Shown here piece after piece: positions 28,236 to 38,343 of a DNA stretch of 64,000 nucleotides; positions within the stretch are counted from its first letter, which is position 1; each line of letters starts with the position of its first letter. The translations under genes and the position numbers were made by a program. Under the pieces are notes generated by a model, which saw nothing but the letters and a program-made list of their open reading frames with translations, was not told where the DNA came from and made no database searches. The stretch comes from Promethearchaeota archaeon (GTDB lineage Archaea > Asgardarchaeota > Lokiarchaeia > Sigyniarchaeales > SOKP01), in assembly GCA_048938855.1 (NCBI GenBank), contig JBHLLT010000002.1, positions 128,001 through 192,000 on the forward strand. The letters are read 5' to 3'.

Positions 28236-29150
28236 ATGAAAACTGATTCTCAACCTTTAATACTTATTGTTGATGATAATGAGGATATTTTATTCCATTT
28301 AAAACTCTTATTGGTAGATTATAACTACAATGTTAAAACTGCAGTGAATGGCAAGGTAGCATTAAGCCTTTTATCTGAGTTAAAATCACCTCCAAATTTA
28401 ATCATTAGTGATATTATGATGCCAGAAATGAATGGTTACGATTTTTTTGCCGCAGTCTCTAACACATCTCAATGGAATAGAATTCCATTTTTATTTCTTA
28501 CAGCTAAATCTACACCTGAAGATATTCGATTAGGTAAAATGTTAGGTGTGGATGATTATATCACCAAACCATTTAAAAAAGAAGATTTATTGGCATCAAT
28601 ATCTGGGAAAATAGCTAGAAATAAAAAATCTGCTCTTTTAGATAAGGAAATTAAAGAAATACTTACAAAATCAAATATTAAAACCCAACTCCCATTGTTA
28701 AATAAAGAAAAACCTTTTATATGTTTATTATTAGTATATTGGGACGATAGAATGGGTCCAATTGTTGATAAGGCTTACTATCTTGACGAGAATCTTCCAT
28801 TTTCAATTGATATCATAGGAAATCAACTATTCCACGCAGCTACCTCGATGTATGGGCATGATAAGATAAAAACTGCTCAAGGTATTTTATTAAATATTGA
28901 AAATATCCAAAATAGGGGATATTTATTTTTTGATTCTTACCCTGATGAAAATGAACGTTTTGGAGAAAAACAGTACATGTTAGCAATAATTACCCCTAAT
29001 TTAACCTATTTTGATTCACTCAAAATTAAGGAAATTCTTAAAGAAATTTCTGAAAAAATAAAAATTAACCAAGACTGGGAAATAGAAGACTATTGGAAAA
29101 AAATTCTTGAAGTAATTAAACCAGGAACACCTCTAATAGAAAACCGATGA
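28236..29150 (+). CDS. Response regulator: receiver domain fused to a longin/uDENN-like domain
   Basis: REC: VDD, D59 (ISDIMMP), LTA, DYITKPF. C-terminal domain: LLVYWDDRMGP...D...R.G..Y.LAII. Confidence 0.8.
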   Translation: MKTDSQPLILIVDDNEDILFHLKLLLVDYNYNVKTAVNGKVALSLLSELKSPPNLIISDIMMPEMNGYDFFAAVSNTSQWNRIPFLFLTAKSTPEDIRLGKMLGVDDYITKPFKKEDLLASISGKIARNKKSALLDKEIKEILTKSNIKTQLPLLNKEKPFICLLLVYWDDRMGPIVDKAYYLDENLPFSIDIIGNQLFHAATSMYGHDKIKTAQGILLNIENIQNRGYLFFDSYPDENERFGEKQYMLAIITPNLTYFDSLKIKEILKEISEKIKINQDWEIEDYWKKILEVIKPGTPLIENR

Positions 29151-29327
29151 TAGTCCTCTTGCTTAAAGAGCAAGAATTATTTTTTAAAAATTATATCTAT
29201 TTTAAATTTAATCTTAAAGGGAAAATATGAAGTTCCTTAATATTCTATAGAAAGAACTTTTAAATCTACTATTTAGATTTCAAATACATAGAAATAAAAA
29301 TACTAATTTTATAATAAGGTGAAATAT

Positions 29328-29642
29328 ATGTCTGAAATAAAAGAAGAACAAAAGTATTTAACATCCCCCGATGTGTGTTCTTGGGCTGATGATGAAGAAA
29401 ACATATATAAAATCGAGATACAATTACCTGGAGTAGATAAGGATTCAATTAAACTTAAAATGCATGAGGATAGTTTTTTCATTAAAGGAGAAACCGAAGA
29501 TACTATTTATATAGGGTCATATGGAGTATGTTGCCCCATAAAACCAGAAGAGGCAAAAGCTAATTATAAAAATGGATTATTAAAAATTAAAGTACCTTTT
29601 AAAGAGCCCGAGTTTCAAAGTATTGATATAGAAATTGAATAA
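29328..29642 (+). CDS. Hsp20 / alpha-crystallin small heat-shock protein
   Basis: LPGV.K..I, A.Y.NGLL.I.VP; ATG at 29328 follows the AAGGTGA SD. Confidence 0.88.
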   Translation: MSEIKEEQKYLTSPDVCSWADDEENIYKIEIQLPGVDKDSIKLKMHEDSFFIKGETEDTIYIGSYGVCCPIKPEEAKANYKNGLLKIKVPFKEPEFQSIDIEIE

Positions 29643-29684
29643 ATAAAATTTTTATTTTTTCATTTTATTTTTTGGCTATGTATT

Positions 29685-30629
29685 TCAGTATTCAATGTTC
29701 ATTTCTTTAACATAATCAAATGCCGAATAAGCAGCAATTACACCTTCAGAAACACCTGTAATAGCTTGCTTAAAAGGAGCATCAGCCACGTCTCCTGCAG
29801 CAAAAATCCCAGGAACATTTGTTTCTGATTTACGATTTATTTTAATTTCTCCCTTTTCATTGGTTTCTACACCAATCCTTTCTGCTAAGTTAGAATTAGG
29901 TAGAGATCCAATTTCAATAAAAACTCCATCGATCTCAAACTCTTTTCCATTATCAAAAATAACTGATTTTACTGACCCATCTCCTTTGATTTCTACAATA
30001 TTAGTCTTATAGATTAATTCTATTTTAGGATTATTGAGTACTCGTCTTTTATTTATGGGTTCTGCTCTAATTTCCTCTCTTCTATAAATAATATATACTT
30101 TTTTTGCACTTTGAGCTAAGAATAATGCCTCTTTGGCAGCAGAATCACTTCCTCCAATTACAGCTACTGTTTTATCTTTATAAAATGGTCCATCACAAGT
30201 AGCGCAATATGAAACACCCTTTCCTGTAAATTCCTCTTCACCGGGAATTCCTAATTTCTTTCTATCTGAACCAGTTGCTAAACAAATTGAATAGGCTTTA
30301 AACTTTTGAAAAAATGAATGAAGTTCAAAATGATCTTCAATTTTTTCAATTGATCGTATCTCATCTGTTATATAGGGTATTTTTAGAGAGTCCATATGAT
30401 CTCTAAACATATCCATTAAGCCTTGTCCACTTATGGATGTAATAGCAGGATAATTTTCTACAACATGAGTAGTCGCAATTAATCCACCAAAAATTTTTCC
30501 TACAATTAATACATCCATGGCAAAACGAGCAGCATATATTGCACATCCAATTGCTGTCGGTCCACCACCTAATACAATCAAATCATATATTTTTTCTAAA
30601 TCAAGACTTTCCATATCAATATTAAACAT
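29685..30629 (-). CDS. trxB: Thioredoxin-disulfide reductase
   Basis: GGGP, GVSYCATCD, GG.DSA, T..PGIFAAGDV. Confidence 0.93.
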   Translation of the reverse strand: MFNIDMESLDLEKIYDLIVLGGGPTAIGCAIYAARFAMDVLIVGKIFGGLIATTHVVENYPAITSISGQGLMDMFRDHMDSLKIPYITDEIRSIEKIEDHFELHSFFQKFKAYSICLATGSDRKKLGIPGEEEFTGKGVSYCATCDGPFYKDKTVAVIGGSDSAAKEALFLAQSAKKVYIIYRREEIRAEPINKRRVLNNPKIELIYKTNIVEIKGDGSVKSVIFDNGKEFEIDGVFIEIGSLPNSNLAERIGVETNEKGEIKINRKSETNVPGIFAAGDVADAPFKQAITGVSEGVIAAYSAFDYVKEMNIEY

Positions 30630-30675
30630 TTATTACTCTCCCTATAATTTCTTCATTATAAATTTTTAAATTTTA

Positions 30676-31329
30676 TTATGTTATAACCATATTCTTTCCA
30701 ATGAGTTCCTCCAAAAATTCATTTGGTCCATAACAACCAATTATTGGCTCTTTATCATTAATGATTGTAAATGGAACACTTGAAGAATCATATAATTCTC
30801 CAATATCCGGATTTTCCATTAAATCAATTATAACTGTTCTTATTTTTCCTCCTGACGCAAGAGCAAATTGAGAAGCAATACTTACCATTTGAGGGCAATA
30901 AGCACAGGAATTAGTGATCATCAGTTTAATAGTTGAAGGAGGAATATTTTTAAGATTTTTTTGGATAGCTTGTTCATAGTAATTCGTAGCTCCTGCAAAT
31001 ACTAGTAAAGATTGAATAAAAGGTTTTATTTCACTTCCTTGTGGAACTGCTAAATATCGGATGAGTTCATTCTCGTTATTATCAATAAACAATATTGTTG
31101 GTACGCGTTCAATATTATATTTTTTTACTAAGTTTGGATGGTTTTTTATTGGCAACTCTATAATTGTTAAGAATCCATTGGAGTATTCTTCATAAGTTCT
31201 TAATAGAGACATTGAATATTCATAATTTTGAGATTTATCTATAAAAACATGGAGTTTAACAGGTTTAGTAAGTTTCCTCATTTCTTCTCTAATTATTTTT
31301 TTAAAAATATATGAAGCTGGCAATCTCAA
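30676..31329 (-). CDS. Protein disulfide oxidoreductase (two Trx folds; N-terminal CxxC absent)
   Basis: C-terminal CAYC; paralogue of its neighbours. Confidence 0.85.
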   Translation of the reverse strand: MRLPASYIFKKIIREEMRKLTKPVKLHVFIDKSQNYEYSMSLLRTYEEYSNGFLTIIELPIKNHPNLVKKYNIERVPTILFIDNNENELIRYLAVPQGSEIKPFIQSLLVFAGATNYYEQAIQKNLKNIPPSTIKLMITNSCAYCPQMVSIASQFALASGGKIRTVIIDLMENPDIGELYDSSSVPFTIINDKEPIIGCYGPNEFLEELIGKNMVIT

Positions 31330-31353
31330 AACCTCCTGTAGCCATAAGAAGGA

Positions 31354-32037
31354 TTAGTATGTAACTCGTATATTACCTCCAATTAGAGCTCTTAAAATCT
31401 CATTTGCCCCAACCATACCAACCAAAGTCTTCTGATCGTTTATAATAGTATATGGGACACCTGCAGCATCATAATATTGTCCAATATCAGGATTAGCCAT
31501 AATATCTACAATGATAGTTTTTATCTTTCCATTAGAAGCGATAGCAAAATTATTTACTATTGTACAAACCGTAGGACAATATGGACAAGTCTCAGTTATC
31601 ATAACTTTTATAGTAGAGGGTTGAATTCTGTCTAAATTTTGTTTTATCGTTGCTTCATAATAATTTGGTGCTCCAGCAAAAGCAAATATTGCTTGAATAA
31701 AAGGCTGAATTTCACCACCTTGAGGAGCTGCTAAATACCGAATAATCTCTCTTCCATTCGAATCAATAAATAAGATTGTGGGTACTCGAGTGATATCATA
31801 TCTCTTAGCAAACTCGGGATCGTCATCTAAGCATAACTCCTCAATTTTTAACATTCCATTTGAATTTTCTTCATAAACCTTCAGCAATGCCATAAATTGA
31901 TTGCAATCCATACATTCTCTTATTTGACTGCCTGGTGGTTGTTTTTCTCTACAGGTGAAAACTTTAAGCCTAACAGGTTTAGTTAATTTTTCCATTTCTC
32001 TTTTGATTATTTGTCTATATTTATCATCTTGAGACAT
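31354..32037 (-). CDS. Protein disulfide oxidoreductase (AhpF N-terminal domain-like)
   Basis: CMDC and CPYC, P.G.E..PFI. Confidence 0.88.
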   Translation of the reverse strand: MSQDDKYRQIIKREMEKLTKPVRLKVFTCREKQPPGSQIRECMDCNQFMALLKVYEENSNGMLKIEELCLDDDPEFAKRYDITRVPTILFIDSNGREIIRYLAAPQGGEIQPFIQAIFAFAGAPNYYEATIKQNLDRIQPSTIKVMITETCPYCPTVCTIVNNFAIASNGKIKTIIVDIMANPDIGQYYDAAGVPYTIINDQKTLVGMVGANEILRALIGGNIRVTY

Positions 32038-32059
32038 TTTTTAATATCACCTACTTATA

Positions 32060-32767
32060 CTATGCATACATTCCTCCAAAATCTCTACCTTTAGGGCCTA
32101 CCAATTTATCTAATAAATCTTGAGGTGTAAACATCCCGTGAATTACTTCCTTTTCATTTATAACAGTCATGGGAACACCTTGAACATTATATTTCATACC
32201 AAGATCTGGATTTAGATTAACATCTATTACTTCTGCGGAAATTTTTCCTTTCGAAACTAAAGCGAATAGTGTAAGAACTGGAACAGTAGCAGGGCAATAT
32301 GGACATGTTGGAGTAATAAAAATTTTCATCTTCCCCTTTTCTATTTTTTTAAGATGAGTAAGAATTTGATCCGCATAATAAGGTCTTACTCCTGAAAAAT
32401 ATTGAATACTATTAAGAAAGGGTACAAATTCAGATCCTGTTGGATATGCCAGATAGCGAATAATTTCTTTGTTTTGATCATCAACAAATAATATTGCCGG
32501 AATCTTAGTGATATTAAATTTTCTTGTTTCTTCCTGATTCTCTTCAATTGAGATTTCTTCAATTTCAAGTTTACCTTTTGATAAATTCTCAAGCATTTTT
32601 AGTAATTCAAATGTCCCCTCACAAGCCATGCACTTTCTAATTTTTGTGCCGTCCTCTTTGGTTATATAATCAGTATAAAGTTTAATTACCACTTTATCTT
32701 TTAATTTTCCCATTTCTCTTTTAATATTATCCATTTCATTTTCAGAAAATAACAAAAAATCACCCAT
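32060..32767 (-). CDS. Protein disulfide oxidoreductase (AhpF N-terminal domain-like)
   Basis: CMAC and TPTCPYC, V.GVP. Confidence 0.88.
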   Translation of the reverse strand: MGDFLLFSENEMDNIKREMGKLKDKVVIKLYTDYITKEDGTKIRKCMACEGTFELLKMLENLSKGKLEIEEISIEENQEETRKFNITKIPAILFVDDQNKEIIRYLAYPTGSEFVPFLNSIQYFSGVRPYYADQILTHLKKIEKGKMKIFITPTCPYCPATVPVLTLFALVSKGKISAEVIDVNLNPDLGMKYNVQGVPMTVINEKEVIHGMFTPQDLLDKLVGPKGRDFGGMYA

Positions 32768-32906
32768 TAATTCACTCTATTATGAATATTTGCTTTCATA
32801 CTTAAAAGAATTTTTCATTTAAATTATAAAAAAAACTCATTTTAGATTATTTTTGAATAAAATTGAATATAGTGATATTAATAATTCAAAAGGTAAGATA
32901 TAATAG

Positions 32907-34067
32907 CTAAATATTAATTTCCGCAACGTATTTTTTAAAAATAAAATAAAGTATTAATCCTACTAGAAAACCAAGAGCTATGTTAAAAATGAAGCAGATA
33001 ATAGCTGATATCAATATAATTGTAAAGGATTTGAAATTAAAATCTTTGAAAGCTATTTTCCCTAATAAAAAGGCAGTATAAATGAGCATTGCCCCCAAAA
33101 TTGCCACAGGGAAATTCTTAAAAAGGATAAGTAAAGTTTCAGAGAAAAATAAGCCGAGAATTAGTTCCATTATGCCCTCTAATATCATTGAACCGCCAGT
33201 TCTTGCACCAAAAGCGTATTGAGACATTAATCCTCCAGAACCATGGCATAATGGCATTCCTAATATGAAAGGATTAATCAAATTCATAGCTCCCATGTTA
33301 AAAGCTAACGTATTAGCATCAACTCCTTCTTTTTCTGGAAAGAGTTCTTTAATTAATACAACTGTAGCTATCATGACATTCGTTAAAGTCAAGAATAATT
33401 GTGCAATTCCCGCATATAGCATACCCAACAAAAAATTCTCCCAAGTTGGAAACTGGAAAGCTAATATAGGAAGTCCAAATTGTAAATCTGTAAGGTTAAT
33501 CGCGCCTGTAAAAAAAATAATAACTATCCCCCCAATTGTAAGAATAATCGCTGAAGGGATAGGTCGATTCTTTATTAAAATCAAAATTACAATAATAGAA
33601 ATAAATCCGAGCCAAAAATTTTCAGAAAATAATAATATCCCTGTCCAACCTAATATTAATGCTAGACCTAGTTGTATTCCTCTTACTGCAATAATTGGGA
33701 CTTTACTTACAATCTTATTGAGTTTTTTTGTAAAGCCAAGAATAAACCATATTACTCCTGTACCAAACCCAGTTGATATAACCATATTAGGTGTCCAAGG
33801 AGTTGATATAGCTACTGCACCAATAGTTTTTTGTGGTTGAACAGGTAAGGGGAGATTGAATTTTAAACCTAATACAATATTTGTCAACCCTAATGTAAGG
33901 AAGATTCCTGCAGGATTTAAGCCTACGATTGAAATATAACCTATAACAAAAGGAATTAATGTTCCCCAATCTCCAAAAGCTCCTCCGAATTCTCTTAAAG
34001 TGAATTTTCTGTACTTTCTTTCACTTTTCTTTTCACTGCCATCAACACTTAGGTTCAAATTAATCAA
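32907..34067 (-). CDS. Putative molybdate/sulfate transporter (MOT1-like)
   Basis: E..GA.GD.GT..P, P.PVQP.K, MP.CHGSGGL..QY.FGAR.G, FP..ILG. Confidence 0.85.
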   Translation of the reverse strand: MINLNLSVDGSEKKSERKYRKFTLREFGGAFGDWGTLIPFVIGYISIVGLNPAGIFLTLGLTNIVLGLKFNLPLPVQPQKTIGAVAISTPWTPNMVISTGFGTGVIWFILGFTKKLNKIVSKVPIIAVRGIQLGLALILGWTGILLFSENFWLGFISIIVILILIKNRPIPSAIILTIGGIVIIFFTGAINLTDLQFGLPILAFQFPTWENFLLGMLYAGIAQLFLTLTNVMIATVVLIKELFPEKEGVDANTLAFNMGAMNLINPFILGMPLCHGSGGLMSQYAFGARTGGSMILEGIMELILGLFFSETLLILFKNFPVAILGAMLIYTAFLLGKIAFKDFNFKSFTIILISAIICFIFNIALGFLVGLILYFIFKKYVAEINI

Positions 34068-34276
34068 ATATAAAAAAAGTACTAACTATATTAAACTTCT
34101 TAAAAAATTTTAAAATAACATATTTCATACACCAAATAACACTTGAAAATGTGTATTTTGCCTTTCAACAAATTTAAAAGTATTCAATTTATCATATTTG
34201 CAGATTTAGCTTTAGCTAATAACTCTTAATAACTCGAAGAACAAATATTATATTCTTTTGAATAAGGTGTGTCTCC

Positions 34277-35917
34277 TTGTCCATCGAAAGCAGGTTAAAT
34301 TTTGAAAAAATAATTTCGAGCATTTCCTCCCGATTTGTGGGTAAAGTTAATCTTGATGAAGCTATAAATTTATCTTTTGATGATATGGGAATTTTATCAA
34401 AAGCAGATCGCGTAAGTTTGTTTCTTTTTGATGAAAATAACAAATATTTTACAAATACACATGAATGGTGTGCAGATGGGGTTAATGCCCAAAGAATAAG
34501 TCTTCAAAAAGTGGATATTGGGATAATATCTTGGTGGATTGCACAAGTCGAGAAAAAGAGTTTTGTCAATATCCGAGATATATCAGAATTGCCGGAGAGA
34601 GCTCAAGCAGTAAAGAAATTTATGGAGATACAAAAAATCCAATCATTTTTAGCCTTTCCAATCTATATCAGCGGTACAATAAATGGATTTGTCTGTCTTA
34701 GTAAAATTAATGAAAAAATCCAATGGAAAGGCAAAGATTTCGTAATCTTGAGAATATTTGGTCAAACTTTAGGTGATACTATAGAACGATTAAATGCAGA
34801 AAAAGCCTTAAAAGGAAGTCAAGAGTTATTACGTGCTACATTCGAAGCTACCGCTGATGGCATTATTGCTATTGATAATAATGGTGTTATTAAACAATTG
34901 AATGAAAGATTTGTTTATATGTGGCGTATACCTAAGGAATTTGTTGCTCAAAAAGATTTTAATGAAGTATTAAATTATATGTTAAAAGAATTAAGAAATC
35001 CAGATGCTTTCTTATTAAAGCTAACAAATCTTGAAAAAACGTCCAAAGACGCTTATGATATGATCTTTTTTAATGATGGACGTATCTTTGAACAATATTC
35101 TTGCCCTTTAGTTCAAGATGAGAAAAAAGTTGGGCGTGTGTGGAGTTTTAAAGACATAACTGAACATCAACATGCAGAACAAGAATTGAGAAAATCTGAA
35201 AAATTATATCGAGAAGCATACGAAAGAGCAGAGCTTTTCAAAGATATTTTTACTCATGATATTAACAATATTTTCCATAATATTAAATCTTCAGCAGAAT
35301 TGATATCAATGTTAAAAGCGAAATCAGGAAATTTAGATAACTTGGATGAATTTTTCCAAATAATAAACAATCAAATTGATAGAGGTATTAAACTAATAAA
35401 CAACGTGCAAAAATTATCAAAACTCGATGAATCAGATATAAAATTAAGAGATGTGTGCGTTTCAGAAGTATTAGAAGAAGCAATTCAATTTGCCTATAAA
35501 AGTGCTCAAGATAAAGAAATAGACATTCAAATTTATAATAAAAATCCTGATACTTTAGTGATCGCAAATGAATTTCTCTTAGACGTGTTTGAAAACATTT
35601 TACATAACGCTATAAAATATAATCAAAATCAGCCAATTAAAATTGAAATAAGGATTTATAGAACCGAAAATAACAGAAAATCTAATATTTTAATAGAATT
35701 TAAGGACAATGGTATAGGAATTACTGATAAAAGTAAAGAAGTTATATTTCAAAAAGGATACAAGAAAGAAAATCATGTGAGAGGAATGGGAATTGGTCTC
35801 TCTCTTGTGAAAAAGATTATTGAAAGCTATAATGGTAAAATTTGGGTTGAAAATCGCATAAAAAATGATTATAATCAAGGCAGTAATTTTATCCTAGAAA
35901 TTCCAGAAGCAATTTAA
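34277..35917 (+). CDS. Cytoplasmic GAF-PAS histidine kinase
   Basis: NTHEWC GAF, DGI PAS, THDINN H-box, NAIKY, DNG.GI, G.GIGL. Confidence 0.9.
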   Translation: MSIESRLNFEKIISSISSRFVGKVNLDEAINLSFDDMGILSKADRVSLFLFDENNKYFTNTHEWCADGVNAQRISLQKVDIGIISWWIAQVEKKSFVNIRDISELPERAQAVKKFMEIQKIQSFLAFPIYISGTINGFVCLSKINEKIQWKGKDFVILRIFGQTLGDTIERLNAEKALKGSQELLRATFEATADGIIAIDNNGVIKQLNERFVYMWRIPKEFVAQKDFNEVLNYMLKELRNPDAFLLKLTNLEKTSKDAYDMIFFNDGRIFEQYSCPLVQDEKKVGRVWSFKDITEHQHAEQELRKSEKLYREAYERAELFKDIFTHDINNIFHNIKSSAELISMLKAKSGNLDNLDEFFQIINNQIDRGIKLINNVQKLSKLDESDIKLRDVCVSEVLEEAIQFAYKSAQDKEIDIQIYNKNPDTLVIANEFLLDVFENILHNAIKYNQNQPIKIEIRIYRTENNRKSNILIEFKDNGIGITDKSKEVIFQKGYKKENHVRGMGIGLSLVKKIIESYNGKIWVENRIKNDYNQGSNFILEIPEAI

Positions 35918-35962
35918 GAATAATTTTCTTTTAAAATCCTTAAAAAGTTTTTTTAAATGATA

Positions 35963-36952
35963 TTAAAGTAATAATTCAAATAGATCTATAGCTTTTGGAT
36001 GAATTTTACATTGTTTACTAAAACGACGAAGAATCCACCAACAAGAAGGGCAATATGTAGTGACGTAATCAAGATCTTCTCGATCAAAATCAGACATTCT
36101 CTTACGAGCGATTTTTTCTATTACATCTGTCCGTCCCATCCATCCAGATCCACCACCACAGCACCAATGAGGAATATCTATAACATCATAACCAACAGAA
36201 TTAAGAGTATTATTAATATTTTCCTCTACATCCTCTCTACCTCTATTTGTTAATTGACATAAGTGTTGCACTCCCACTCTTCCTTTTCTCATGATATCAG
36301 AAGGTTTAATGTAATCAGCAATATACTTTACTTCGGCATTCAAACCATCCATTTCATTTTTAAAGAGATAATAACATGCAGGACACAAGCAAATGATCTC
36401 TTTGAATTTTCTACTATTAAAAATCTTTCTATTTTCTTCTACGCAAACTTTATACTCCTTATCTAATCCACTAATTTTGAGATGCCATCCACAACAAATT
36501 TCCTTCTCTAAAATAGTAAAATCAATTCCTTGTCGTAATAGATATTGAAGAGCATGATTCGTATATTGAGGGATTCTTATCGTTGAAAGACATCCCATAA
36601 AAAAAAGAGTATCAGATTCACTCGGAATTTCTTTTATTCGCTTAATACGCATGGTATTGGAAGGATATGGTGATTTAAATTTCTCAAAATTTTCACACAT
36701 CTCATTAATTCCTTCAAAACTATTTCCATCATTAATATATTTCTGTTTCAAAGAAATTCGTTCAAATTCGGTCTCACATTCTCCACAGTGAACACAGTTA
36801 TAGAGTTTATTATAATCATCTAAACTAAACTCAATATCGTCTTTAGTGCTAAGAAGTTCTTTAACGGTCTCATCACTTAGAAAGTTATTATGGTCGACCT
36901 CATCTGTAGGATAATTCTTTCTTCCTTTTATTCTTTCTTTTATAGGAATCAC
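35963..36952 (-). CDS. Fe-S / CCG-domain oxidoreductase (HdrD/GlpC-like)
   Basis: CVHCGEC, FMGC, EICCG, CPAC, CCGGG, CPSC. Confidence 0.85.
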   Translation of the reverse strand: MIPIKERIKGRKNYPTDEVDHNNFLSDETVKELLSTKDDIEFSLDDYNKLYNCVHCGECETEFERISLKQKYINDGNSFEGINEMCENFEKFKSPYPSNTMRIKRIKEIPSESDTLFFMGCLSTIRIPQYTNHALQYLLRQGIDFTILEKEICCGWHLKISGLDKEYKVCVEENRKIFNSRKFKEIICLCPACYYLFKNEMDGLNAEVKYIADYIKPSDIMRKGRVGVQHLCQLTNRGREDVEENINNTLNSVGYDVIDIPHWCCGGGSGWMGRTDVIEKIARKRMSDFDREDLDYVTTYCPSCWWILRRFSKQCKIHPKAIDLFELLL

Positions 36953-37108
36953 CTCAAAATACCAAATTTTATCTTTTAATTAAATATTTACATTTAAAAA
37001 AATAAGATTTTATAAAGATAATTGAATTCAATAGAGATATGATATTTTCATTCAAAGTATATTTTCTTAAATATTAATTCATGATTACAATCTTTATATT
37101 GAGAAAAA

Positions 37109-38215
37109 ATGATTGAAGATTTATTGATAATTAATGAAGCTGGCGCACTTCTATTTAATTGGCACCCTGAAGGATATAGAGATGAGGGAAACGATGATTT
37201 ACTCAGTGGATTTTTGACCGCAATGAACAGCTTTGCAACTGTAGAAAGAGGTGAAGATATAAAATCGCTAAAAATGAAGGAAACTCAAATTATTTTTGAA
37301 AAATATGAAGAACTACATCAAAAACTAACATTTGTAATAACAACAAAAAATGAAGAATTAATTGAATTACTTCATGCTATTATTCACGATATTATGAATA
37401 AATTTACAGAACTTTATTTCGATGATTTAAACAAAGAATTTAATGGGATGATATCACAATTCCAAACATTTAATGAACATGTAGAAGCTATAATTAAGTC
37501 ACATGGCTTAGATGTGCTAGATGACGCTATTAAAACTATTGATGAAATTACAACATTAAAAGGTGTTATATTTCTTGAACCAAAAGGAGGTAACATCTAT
37601 TATATTCATGCTAAGCAATATGTAAATAAAGAAAAAATTAGCTTCCTTATTCCACTGATAATGAATTCTGCAAAATTGCTTTATCAAAATAATCTTAATG
37701 AAAAATTATACTGGATATTGCTTAATACTGTCAAAAATGAAAATTTAATAGTAGAACCTCGAAATAAAATTCTTATAGTAAAGCAATATCAGTTGCAGGA
37801 AAATATTGAAAAAGAATATCTTCAATTGAAGTTTTTTAAGGAAAAAGATAAGTATATTAAAAGACCTCGAAAATTGATTGAACAATTTGATAAAATAGTT
37901 TGGAATCCAAAAATAAAGCAGATATATTTAGTTGATCTAGTCGGTAAAATAGTTTATTCTAAAATTTTAGATGAATCTTATGATTGTTCAGAGTATATTC
38001 CAGAAACTATAAGCTTTTTAACATCTTCCAAAAAAGCCAGCGAAGAAATTTATAATAGAATTCTTTTTAATGCCAGTATTGGTGGAGAAAAATTAACAAC
38101 AATTTGTATGAATTTCAATAATTTTGCTTTAACTTTAATTGGTAAAATTCATGATTTTACGGATTATAAAGTAATTCAGAAGACTTGTATAGATATTTAT
38201 AAACAATTAATATGA
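37109..38215 (+). CDS. Multi-domain longin/roadblock-like protein
   Basis: N-terminal longin (IIN..G..LF, LLSGFL.A..SF); two further h-h-h-D/E-x-x-G-x-I beta-hairpin starts. Confidence 0.7.
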   Translation: MIEDLLIINEAGALLFNWHPEGYRDEGNDDLLSGFLTAMNSFATVERGEDIKSLKMKETQIIFEKYEELHQKLTFVITTKNEELIELLHAIIHDIMNKFTELYFDDLNKEFNGMISQFQTFNEHVEAIIKSHGLDVLDDAIKTIDEITTLKGVIFLEPKGGNIYYIHAKQYVNKEKISFLIPLIMNSAKLLYQNNLNEKLYWILLNTVKNENLIVEPRNKILIVKQYQLQENIEKEYLQLKFFKEKDKYIKRPRKLIEQFDKIVWNPKIKQIYLVDLVGKIVYSKILDESYDCSEYIPETISFLTSSKKASEEIYNRILFNASIGGEKLTTICMNFNNFALTLIGKIHDFTDYKVIQKTCIDIYKQLI

Positions 38216-38343
38216 TTTAATTCATATACAATTAAATTCAATGTAAATTATATATGAAAAATTCATATTTAGGATTAACATATTGTGAAATTATATTGAT
38301 TCCAAATTCAATCAAAATAAGAAAAAAATGTGAGAATATTTAA

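Noticed and set aside
29685-32767. Possible selenocysteine (UGA) recoding in the redox genes
   Set aside because: Active sites are ordinary Cys codons. The TrxR TGA stop is followed two codons later by TAG, and the third PDO lacks the loop rather than containing a TGA.
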